Positions 34,947 through 46,100 of a DNA stretch of 64,000 nt are shown in pieces. The number at the start of each line of letters is the position of its first letter. The first letter of the stretch is position 1. The position numbers and the translations under genes are program-made. This DNA is from Protoeuglena noctilucae (Eukaryota). The DNA lies in NCBI GenBank assembly GCA_958009085.1, contig OY253683.1, forward strand, positions 496,001 to 560,000, read 5' to 3'. The notes under the pieces were generated by a model. It saw nothing but the letters and a program-made list of their open reading frames with translations. It was not told where the DNA came from and did not search any database.

Positions 34947-36042
34947 CTACTCTGCCCGTACCTCCAGCACCAGCACCTGCCGGGCGCTGCCGTCCGGCTG
35001 CTGGTCCAAAGCCTCGTGAAACACCCTCATCGTCAAGCCGTGCTCGGTGAACGCCCTAAAGACGTCCTTCAGCGTCGTGAACGTCCGAGAGCTCTCGGGG
35101 ACACCCTGTCGGCCACGCTCTGCGGCGCAGGGGCTGGCTCACGTGTGTGGATATCCTATGCAACGCTCAGCGTTACTGCGAAACCAGTCACTGTTGTGGC
35201 TGTGATGGCATCTCACCCTCGTAAGTGACGAACGCGGTTGGTCGGCGTGGCCCGTGGCAGAGTGTAGCGAGAGTACGGGTGAAGGGTGCAAGCATCTCGC
35301 ACAGCCAGATGCAGTCACACGCGAGCACCACCTCCGCCTCCCTGAAGTCGTGCTTTCCGATCTGCGCATGTTCGACAAAGTGCGTTACTTTGCGATGTGC
35401 AAACAGACGAGGTCGTCATCTGCGTCATGGTAGCCACCCAGCCCACCTGAGCGTCGACGGGCTTAGTCCAGTCCAGCGGGACGACCGCAGCCGAGCCCAG
35501 CCCCACGCTCACGGCACCCTCCCACGTTGTCCCGCATCCATCGCGTGACGCATCGTCGACGAGCCGGGCGTTGCGGGCGACGTTGGGCGCTGTGGCGTCG
35601 CGCACCACCGTCGGGACGTCCGTGAGGAGCACATGGGCGCCCACCGCAGCCGCGCAAAGCCCCACGAGGCCCGTGCCGCTTCCCAGCTCCACGCACGCCT
35701 TGTGGCTTAGGAACGGCTGCAATGCGCCATCGATAAGGCGCACAAACTCGGCGCTCGCTTCCCAGAGGCGGAACCCCGTCACCGCAGCGAGGCTCGCGTC
35801 CTCGTCGAAGAGATGCGATAAGTAGAACCCGCTGCTCTCATCCTCCTCGTCCTGGCTCGAGTCGCTCTGCGGCGGGGCAGGAAGGAGGCTTCTTGACGCG
35901 CTCAAGGGGACGGCAATCCATTAATGCGCAGAACGTGGCTCACCTCGGCGTAGTTGTACAGCCGCTCCAGGATCTCAACTCGATGGCTGCCGCCGTTGAC
36001 AGCGTATACCACGCTCCGAAAGCCGGGGGGCGTCGCCGCCAT
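34947..36042 (-). CDS. Family-16 (METTL21/EFM-type) SAM-dependent protein methyltransferase
   Basis: VTGFRLWEAS, VELGSGTGLVGLCAAAVGAHVLLTDVP (motif I/post-I), PLDW, VVLACDCIW (DxxW, motif II); 4 exons; first exon MAATPPGFRSVVYAVNGG. Confidence 0.88.
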
Positions 36043-36390
36043 GAGAGGGCGTCGATGGGCGCGCGATGGAACGCGGTCGCCTGAGAAGCACCACGTGCGC
36101 TTCAGACGGCAAGGCCGGCTTCGGCTTTCTCACAGTAGTTTAAGAAAGCAAGTGGGACGAGACAGGGGGAAAAGGGGTTATTCCTTGATGCCAGAGAAAT
36201 GTGCAAGGCTAGGGTTTCGAAGAGCCTGCACCCTTCCTCAGCTTTTATGAGACGACCGTGGCACATTAACGACACCGGTTAGCCTGGCATGCATGGATCT
36301 GCCGACTTCAAGAAAGCGCGCCACTTCGCCCTAGTACCAACGCGTGTGTTCGTTGTGTAGCTAGTCCCGTGCCCATCTGTCGCCCTTACC

Positions 36391-38077
36391 ATGGTCGTTA
36401 GTACCGTGGCCACGACATGGTGTCGGGGAGCCTGCGGTGCCGCCACTTCGACGCAGCGAGCCGTGCCCAGGGCAGCCCTGAACGATGTGGCCCGTGCCGC
36501 GCACCCAGGCGAGATTCCCCGCATACGGCGGCTTGCGATGATTCATTGTTGCCACAGTCATCTTTCGGAGGCTCGAAGAGACTCCTTCTTTTTCACACAG
36601 GGCGGCGTGGACTGCTGCGAGCTGACGCCACGCCCTCTCTGAACGGCAAAGGCCATTTCCACCACGTTCACGAGGCGTCGTTGGCCGAGGATGTGACGGA
36701 CGTGCCTGCACGGGAGCTAGTGAACTCGGTGCTTCAGATCGTGGATCGCGACAGCTCCTCAAGCGATGTCGCCGCGGGCACGGTCCCGCCAGCAGAGACG
36801 GAGCGCCTCGACTCCCTGCTCCTCGCCCTCTCCCAGATCGGCAAGAGGCAGCAGCCGCGCCCGCTGCACGACCCCCTCCTTTTCGGCAACTACCGGTGAC
36901 AGACGCGAGGGTTGGCTCCTGCAGTGCGACTTCATAGTACTACTCATGCTCGTGACTGCATGACTGTCAATCCGCTCCTCTGCAGCGTGAGCTACGTGTC
37001 CAGCCGCGGATCGCCAGCCGGCGGACCCATCGTCACCAGTCCACGGTCGCGGCGTGTGTTTCGCTCCAAAGGTCTGTATCAGGCAATCGCCCGTGGCCGT
37101 CTGGGCCACCCCTCGATCGTCGTCAACAAGGTCGTGGCGTCGCTCTTCGGATTCCTCACGTTCTCGATTGCCCTCAGGCGAGCGCCCTGCCTGACACCCT
37201 GGGAGGTGTTTGTGCAGACACCTCCCACGCCATTCCCGTGCAGCCCCACATGCGTCGACCCTGGCCACATGGCCAACATAAATGGTGTCGTCAACATGCA
37301 GACCTGCCCCTTGGCTCTTTCGCAGGGGCCTGGTGTGCCGCCCATCTCTAGAGACCCTGACGGCTTTGGAGGACGAGGCAGACACAGTGAAGGTCGTATT
37401 CGACCCCGCGAGACTGCTGCTGCCGGGCGGCATCGAGGTCCGTGTGGGGCGGCCCAGCTCCGTGACTCTGCAGACCGTGTACCTGGATGAGAGGCTGCGG
37501 CTGGGGAGGGGCAAGTATGGGGCCACGTTCGTGTTCAAGGTGAGAAAGGGGCCGAGGCTGGGGAGGGGCAAGTGGGGCGAGTGAGTTTTCGGAGCCCTCT
37601 CTTACCGATGCGCCCCCTTCCCTTTGCAGAGGGACGCGGCTGCGGACTGGGAAGACATGGAATCTTTGGGAAGGGAGCCGGTGCCGGCAGCGTCACAGGC
37701 GGCGGGCATTGCTGTGACGGCGGCGCTGGCGGGGCTCGGGGCGCTGTGCTTGGTGGGCCTGTGGGGGGTGGGGCCCCTGGCACTCCTGCCGTTAGGTGAG
37801 CTGAGCTGGCAGGGTGCTGGGCGCGGTGCTGATGCGAGGCTTGTTGGGTTCATGTGACGGGCGCTATCTTGTACTGCACTTGGTCGTGGATGCAGGCCAG
37901 GTGGGGCCGGTGAGGGCCGCGCTTGCCCCGGCGGTGCGGCTGCTGGGATTCGTGGTGGGGCTGGTGGCCGCGGGGCTGCTGAGGGCGATGGTGCAGGCGG
38001 CGATGGTGCCTGACGTGGCCGTGGACAGCGCACAGAAGGAGGCAGGGGCCCCAGAGCCGGTGGCGGAGGGCGCATGA
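36391..38077 (+). CDS. Plastid lipid-associated protein (PAP/fibrillin-like domain) with two C-terminal hydrophobic segments
   Basis: Transit-peptide-like N-terminus; RLDSLLLALSQIG...PLHDPLLFGNYRVSYVS; SSVTLQTVYLDERLRLGRGKYGATFVFKR (fibrillin TYLD..LR..RG..G..FVF motif). Introns 36509-36600 and 37178-37325 are GC-AG. Confidence 0.78.
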
Positions 38078-38228
38078 GAGCAGCCGGGCGGGAGGCATGC
38101 ACGCGCTTTCACAAAACACGGACGGGTGGGAGGCATGCAAGCGCTTTCACAAAACAGCGCCTAGGCCTGGCCTGAACTGCCCCGATCAAATCAGTGTAAC
38201 CAGTAGAATACGGATCTGCTTGCGAACG

Positions 38229-41200
38229 TCAGCTGTCAAAGTCGTCGCCCATGGCGCCCACGCGCGTCGCGGACGTGTGGTTGCGGCCAAGGTGCCGCGG
38301 GGCCCCTTGCGCTGCGCTGGCCACCCCCTGCGCCAGGGCCGCGTGGTGTGCGGGCGCACCCCGGCCGCCCCGCTCAGGACGCCGCCGGTGCGCGTCCCCG
38401 TTTTGCTCTGCGTCCCCTGAGCTGGCGTCCTGCAGTGTCTTGATGATGAACTGCTCCGCCACGTACACCTCGCGCTCCATCAGCAGAGAGAAGCGCCGGA
38501 ACGCGGGGCCTGGGGGGGCGTGGACGGTGTCGATATAAGCGTGTTGATGTAAGAGTGTCGATGTTGTCAATGTTTGAATGGCCACGTACACTACGGGGTG
38601 CCATTGGACGTCGTGAGGCGCACAGGGCAGCGCACGCGAGCCCCCACGCGTGCCCTATCAAGTCACCCGTGTGGTGCTTGTAGTGGACGAAGGTCCCCGT
38701 GAGGCCGTGGTACTCCCAGAAGTAGCGCATGATGCGGGTGTGTGCCGTCTTGCGCGCCGTGGCCCGCATGCCGAAGCGGAAGAAGTCCTCCAGAGCCGTG
38801 GCCACGGTGCCCACCACGCTGAAGATGATGGACGTGTTGACGAGCGCCAGGGTGGTGCTGGTGGAGTTGTTCGTGTTGGCGAGGACGCTGATGAGGACGG
38901 GGACCAGGACGCCGGAGATGAGCTTTACGAGGCCCACTGTGCCGACAGACGGGGAGAGGCACATGAGGCGGAGTGGGAGCGTGCGACTGAGACCCAGACT
39001 GAGACCCACACGTCCGTGCTGACTGCCAGGACCTCACCCGTTCGGAACCATCTCTCGTTGAGTTTGAACTCCCCCTGCTGCTTGTGTATGACGTCCAGGA
39101 ACCGCGTCAGCATCCACTGCCGCTCGTGCGTGCGCAGGCGCAACTGGGCAATCAAGTCGCCCAGCTCCCGCAGGCCACGGTTCTTGCCCTCCCGCGCCTT
39201 GAGGCGGTTGGACTGCGGAGGCAGAGCGAGCTCGTCACCATAGTTACTAAGTCACCAACACTGACATTGGGGTGACCACATGTCTGCTGATTGCTACCCC
39301 CACATGACCCCCTCAGAGAGGCCCACCCATGCACCAGGCTCACCGAGTGATCGTAGTCGACGTCCGCGTCCAGTTCAGCTGCCCGGGCCTCCTTGAGCTC
39401 CTTCTCCGAGACCTCGAACTCCGAATCAGAGTCGTTCTTCACCGCCTGTGCAGATAAGGGACAAGGGACACGGTTACACAGGGGCACCTCAGGCGCATGC
39501 ACCACGATACGCATGAGCCCTGGGACAGTAGGGAGTGGCGCAGCGCAGCCGCTGGGCAGCGACAGACAACAGTCATATCGTATTGCATCGTCACTGCATT
39601 CCTCGCCTTCTTGCGTCCCCGGTTCTTGTCGTCGTCATCGCCGCTCCCGTCGTCGTCCCGCCCAAACACCGCCATGCCCAACAGGGCCGCGTCTGCCACC
39701 GCCCCAGACCGGACCTCGCCCACACCCGACACAAACGGCGCCGTCGCTGACGTCCCCAGATCCCCCGTGCCCGGCCGCCCACCTGGGGTGCCCGGCAGCA
39801 GCCCAGCCCCGAACCTCGACATCCCAGACACGTCCGTGTGCAGCGTGCCGTTGGGCGTGGGGAACCAAAGCCCCGGCCGTCCCCAGCCCCCGAGCCCGGA
39901 CCGCCAGCCGAGCAGCGTGGATGGGGCCCCGGGAGTCCACGGCTGGGCATGGCCGGTCGCGGGCCCGGGCAGTGGGGCTGCCTCGATCTCCGCCCGCCCC
40001 GCTGCCCCGGATAGCCCGAGGTGCGAGCGGGGCGTGGGGACGGCAGGCGCATCCCCCGCGGGACTGGGGAAGACCCTGGCCCCGCCGTTCCTGGCGCGAG
40101 GGGGCCTGTCGCCCTTAGGAGTGCGGAATGTGGCCGTTTCCTGCGACCTCGACTCTCCGTGCCGCTCCCGGCCATCGTGGGCCTGGCCACCTGAGCAGCA
40201 CAGGGCACCACCGTCGCTGTTACAACCCATCCACTCGTGCCGCAAGTACACGTCATCTCATCCGAGGAAGGGTTACACATGCCCCTGCCATGCCAGCCCC
40301 GGCCTCACCTCTTGCAAACGACGCCTCGGCTGCACCGTCTTCCTCTTCCTCGTCGTCTCTCCTCCTTCCCCCACGCCCCCTCCTCTCACCGCCCCGCTTC
40401 CCATTTCCACCCCCGCGATCATCCCCACCACCCCACCTGGCCCGGCCCTTCCGGCCCCGCCCCTCCCCCTCCCCCCCTCGGTCCCCATCCCCAGATACGC
40501 CCGCCTCCTCACCCTTACGCCTGTTCCCACGCTCCCAGTCGTCCTCAAACCCCTCCATCTCCTCACGCATCTCCTCCATCGTTATTGCAGGCCCTGACAT
40601 ACCCACCCCAGCCCCCTCCCCACCGCCATCATCATCACCCTCGTCATCCCCACCGTCGTCCTCACCCCGCAGCCTCCGCAGCCCAGCCTCTGCTGCCCGC
40701 TGCACCCCAATGGCCAGCGCGACAGCGTCATTGGACTCTTCGTCATCCTCTGACTCGCCATACTCACGCTCCAAGTACTCCCCAATGTCCTCCTGCCCTC
40801 GCAAGGCCCGTATCGCGTGAGCCCCCGCCTGCTGCACCCCCATCACCAGGCCCAGCGCCTGCGACCTCGCACTCTCCTCCGACTCGCTCCGAGCCTGGAG
40901 GCCCCACATGGCTGTGCCCGGGGCGGCTGCGGCAGCCGCGTCGCCGGCGGTCGCTGCCCCTGCCACCGATTGCTGCTCAGAAGCGACAACGGCCTCGGGA
41001 CCCCCAGCAAGGGCCGCACTGGGTCCCTGCTTGGTGCCAGGTATGCTCTCAGCAAGAGCAGCGCTGGTCTCCCGGTCCTCTGCAGTCTTCTGCTGCTCCT
41101 CAGCAGATGTGACCCTACCACTCGGCTGCTGCACAACCGTCGGTGCAAGGGAACGCTCCTCCAGGTCCCTCTGTGCCGCTCCCCGGTCTCCTGACTCAGC

Positions 41201-42509
41201 CAACGCCCCGCCTGCGTTAGAGAATCCTGCCGACTCCTGCACTGCAACCGCGCTCCCTGCGGTGGCACTCTGGCGTGCAGCCTCCCCAGCACCCGCCCTG
41301 CCGTCGCTCTCCCCAGTGACGTTTGTAGCAATGCCCTCTGCACCCCTGGCTGGCTCCCCCTGAGCGCCGGCGACCCCAAGCACACCGCCCCTGTCCCGCT
41401 GCACTTCCACAGACCCAACCCCGGGCAACCTGCTGTCCTGCACCCCGCGCCCCGCTTGCTCTCGCCCCTCCCCACGCACCCCCTCTCTCTTGCCACCGGT
41501 GTCGTCCCTCGCTTGCACCTCCGCCTCTGCCACCCGCCGTAGCTCGTCCACGACCGAAAGCGGCTTCCCACGACGCCTCGACTCGTCGGTGTATCGCTTG
41601 GGTCGCGCAGGGACGTGCGGTGACTGTGAAGGAGCAACAACCACGTCCGATGGCTGTGATGCGGGCTTGAGCGGACTGCATGCAGGAGTGGGGAGCATTG
41701 GGGAGCAGGTAGGGCACACCACGACAGCACATGCGTATGTCGTGTCACAGGCAAGATGGAGTGGCTGGGTGTCTCCTCCATTCCACATGCACTCACCTGC
41801 CAAGTGCCTCTCGCAGCGGCTGGGTGAGGTCCGTCACGTGGCCGATCCTGCGGTCGTGCTTGGCCGTGAGGGCGTGCTGGTCCAAGCGAGGCGCTCCAAC
41901 AGCACTTGCAGTAACTGCGCCGGGAAGGTCGTCAATGCCCACCGCCGCAGGGCTGGGCGTTGCTGTCCTTATGACAAGCTGCCCGCCCTGGCTGGACCCC
42001 GCGGCAGGGGCCGTGCCTGGGCCTGTGAGAGGCAGTCCCAGGGAAGCCGGGACGGCGCGGACGGGGGAGAAGGCTGCAGATCCCGCTGTTACTCCCCGCG
42101 CACGGGCGCTGTCGGCTGTGGGTGGTGTGGAAGGGTGAGCCGCGCGAGGTGCACGGGCAGTGTGGGGGCGTGGGGGGGAAGGTTGGGGTCCGGGGAGGGG
42201 CGCGGCGTAGATGGCCTCGAGGGCGGCGATGCCAGGGTGCGATCGCCCAGCAGCCGGCTCGCGCCCCAGTCGCAGCGCCTGCAGTTGCGGAAGCAACGGG
42301 GGCTGTGATGGGTTGTGGGACGTGACACATTACAGCATGGGCGTGGCGCTGCCAACGTATCACACCTGATGACGACTCTCAGTGGATTCGGCGACAGTAA
42401 CTGGAGCGCCCCGGCCGGCGCCGCTTTCGACCCAGGCAGTGGCGGCGAGCCCCGACCTAGGCGGCTGAGGAAGCGCTGAGCTGCTTGCACTGGAGCGCCC
42501 GCCGGGCAT
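38229..42509 (-). CDS. Large protein with long disordered N-terminus and C-terminal SLATT/DUF4231-like two-TM domain
   Basis: Exons splice in phase from MPGGRSS (42509) through ORFs 41793-42296, 40253-41803 and 39439-40251 to ..LGDLIAQLRLRTHERQWMLTRFLDVIHKQQGEFKLNERWFRT|VGLVKLISGVLVPVLISV..SIIFSVVGTVATALEDFFRFGMRATARKTAHTRIMRYFWEYHGLTGTFVHYKHHT|GPAFRRFSLLMERE...DDFDS*. Confidence 0.7.
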
Positions 42510-43196
42510 TGCAGATGACGAAGGACATCATGTCATTGGGGAGAGAAGGAACGACCGCGGCTGCGGGAGGAAAAGGCGCAACCATTTACGGCGCGTTCCG
42601 CATGCAAAGGCCCACTCCCTCTCTTCGCGATACCGCAAGCGTTGAGGAGAGAACAGGGCAGAGCCTTAGCTATCGACAATTGCAGCGCGATAGGCACAGA
42701 CTCCTCTCGGCGCATGTTCGGCGAGGCACATGGTCGAGATGTGGGCCGCCAATGACAGGCGTCCAAAACACACCCCTGCGCGAGGTCCACCCTTCAAGCC
42801 CTTCATGCTCGCACTCGCACTGACCATCGCAAAGCGCAGAGCGGATCTCACCTGGCTGAAGTGCTGGGGATGGTTTTGTGGGGTGTCCCTCCTCCCATCC
42901 ACACATGCCCTCCCCCCTTCCTTGCTCAGCCATCTGAAACAAGGAGCGTCCCCTTGCGACGAAGAAGCGCACGGGTAACGAGATTTGTGCTGTGGTGTCA
43001 TGCGCTGATGAGTCAGCTCCATACGGAAAAAGCAATCCAAAAGTCCTTCGCAGCCGCGATATCAGGAACAGGCACTGGAAGCGTCGGTGCGTCGTTGGAC
43101 GTTGTCGCTGCACGGACGGGTGTGCGTGGACATTTAAATTCAACCCCATGACGTCGACACCGCTGCCCCTTCTTTGAGGGTTTCTCGAGGGCGAGG

Positions 43197-46100
43197 ATGG
43201 AGCGCCCTCGATCCACGTATCGCTCCGATATGGAGCCGAGGCCGCAACACCTGGCCCAGCGCCCCACTGGTGAGGGCCTTCTTAGCATGAATTTTCAAGC
43301 GAATGCGCGCTCTTCAGTCAATGGAAAGGCCTTTGCGTGACAGCTGGTACATCCTCCTTTCACGCAGGGTTCTCAGGGCGGGGCGGCGCAGCTCCAGAAC
43401 CCACTCGCAACCCGTTGATGCGGGCGGCCACCTTCAACGCGGGCCACGGCGGCCCCCACAGCCCCGTCCGACCCCAGCTGCGGCCACATCCATCTCTGGG
43501 GTCATCAGGCGCTGCTTACGCTCCTCCCCCTCCTCCCCTCCCTGCGGCCAACATCTTTGCCCGGTCTGCCTCGCTCCGTGACCCTCGCTGGCACACGGAC
43601 GACGCGCCCGATGAGTACGAAGACTATGAATACGACGAAGGTCCTGCGCCGGACGCACGGGGGTACGCCCACGACATGCTGATGATGGAGGAGCAGCGCA
43701 GTGCGGGGTACGGGGCCCTGGGGGCCCAAACTCTGGGCCTGCCGATGCCCAGGGGCGGGTACGAGAGGCCGATGGCGGGTCACGCGCTCATGGCGGAGCG
43801 GTCGCTGAGCATGGAGGAAATGCAGTCGGGATCCGAGGGGTACGAGGAGGTGAGACGCTTTGGCATGCGCTGGGGTGATGAGAGTGCATCCCTGGGGTAC
43901 CCCCACGGCTGTTGCACTGAAGAAGCTGTCAATATTTTTAGTTCTCCGGTCGTCCCGCAGTCCGTGCCTGACTCGAGTCCCGAGCTGGTCCGGCACGGCG
44001 GTGCTGGGGGGAGGGTCGCGACCGGCAACAACCCCCTCATGCGCGCCGCCAGCATGACGCAGGCGCAGTCGCAGCAGTGGGGCCGGCCCTCTCAAACAGG
44101 CCAGCAGGCTCGCGGGTGAGAGGCGGGGGAATGGATGGATGCAGCTGCGACGTTTGCCCGGTTGTTGGCCGAGACGACATGTCACACGCGCTCGCTCGCA
44201 GGTCCCTCACTGGGTCGGGTTATGCCGCAGCCCCCGGACAGGCCCAAGAAGCGCAACAGGTGAGGGCCGCACGCAGAGTGGCTGAACTGGCGTTGCGTTT
44301 GCGCCCTGCCCAGCCACCACATGCAGACAGGCTACCTCCACGAACCCTCCACAGGTGCGCCACAGCCCGCTGGATGTGCTGGAGGCCCTCAGCCAGGCAG
44401 ACGCGCTCCTGCGGGCAGGGGAGCTGGCCTCTGCCGGCCCAGTCACCTCCCGGGGCACCTTGCCTCATAGGGCGGCCAGTGCGCGTGCAGCCTTGGGCCT
44501 CGGCGGCGACTACGGGGACGTCGACGCGGCAGAGTCCCCGACGGAGCAGGAGCCCTGGCCCGGCGCCGTCTCCCGCGACGGTTCGCGTCTCGGGGGAGCG
44601 TCGCGGGGGTCACACCCCGAAGGAGCAGGCATCGAGGAGCACCGACCGGCCAGGGGCCCCGGCCGCGCCGCGTCGGCATCCGCGGCCCTCGGGGCGCGCG
44701 TGGCTGCAAGCGCCGGCTGGCGCGAGCCTGCCGGACTGGCGGCCCCAGGCAGGGCTGCGGGGTTCGTAGGTAGCGGAGCGGACGTGTGGCGGCGCGTGGA
44801 GGACGGGGACGAGGCCCGCTCCGTGGATTGGGAAGGGGACGACGGGGACGGAGGCTGGCGGTCTACCCCGTCGGGGGAGGGTGACGATGGGTGGGGCGGC
44901 GCGCCTCCGCCGTTGGAGCACGCTGGCACGGGGCGTGACGGGTCTGGGAGTGGGGCCGGGTCGGAGGAAGATCGATGGGGGTCCCGGGGAGGTTCCGGGG
45001 CCGAGGGTGGGCGTGGGGCGGGGCTGGCGGGGGCGTCGATGGGCATCACGCGGCTGCGGGTGGCCGAGGAGGCGAGGCTACAGGGGCCTAACCAATCTGC
45101 TGCGCCTTCGAGGGCATCTGCTGCGTCTGAGAACGAGTCATATTACATTTCGGGGGAGCTGTCGGGTGGCAGCGGGGCGGACGCCCGCGGCTCTGGTGGG
45201 AGCGTCGCTGAGGGGTCGGTGGGGCTGTCGAGGAGCACGGGGCGATTGCTGGAGGAGGCGGTGGCAGAGACAGGTGACGGGCTGTTGTTGACGGGCATGG
45301 TTGTACGGAGATGGCTGTGGTGCAGCTGAGCGAGTTTCGCGGCTTGGAGGCGGGCGAGGCATACGAGGCGAGGCATATAAGCGTAACTCACTGGTTGCCC
45401 TTGCAGATGCGCTGCTGCAAGCGATGGGGGAGCTGTCGGGGGTGGGCGAGGGGAGGGCGAGGGTTGCGCGCGAGGCAGGCGGCGCGCCAAGCAGCGCCAG
45501 GGGCGTCGGTTCGCCTGACCCAGCGAATGGGGAGGGCGATCAGAGTGCATCTGGTGAGGCATCGGTGTCTGTGAGTGGCGAGCACGACAGGGATGCATCG
45601 AGGGACGTCGCAGAAAGGGTGACGGGGCCGGGAGGGCACAGCGAGGAGAGCCGCGGTGACGGCGACGAGTCACGAGGCAGCAGGAGCAGCGAGGGGCCAT
45701 TCGGGAGCAGCGAGGGCGTGGAGGAGGTCCCTTCAGGGGTCGCTGGGGACGCAACGGGTGTGCGTGAGAGCGCGGAGGAGTCGCGGGACGGCGTAGCGTC
45801 GCCGGCGGCGGAGGACAGCGCGCGTGCGATGACCGAGGCACTCTGGGCTCAGTTCGAGGGCCGCATTCTGGTGGAGGGGGCCCGTGGGGCCGATAAGGCG
45901 CAGAGCCGGGGCGGATCAGACGCGGGCTCTGGTTCTGCGGATGAGGCGAGCGCAGAGGAGGAGGAGGAGGTGGAGCTCGAGTCAGGGCTGGAGGGGCGGA
46001 CGTCAGAGAGGGGAGGTGAGGGGAGGCAGAGAGGGTCAAGTGGTGCGAGTAGGTCCCTGTGGCGAAGCGCATGAAGGGATCGCACGTTTCAACACGACCC

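Noticed and set aside
36205..36220. Telo-box-like TAGGGTTT in a divergent promoter
   Set aside because: Single short match, not clearly repeated in the other spacers; could be chance.
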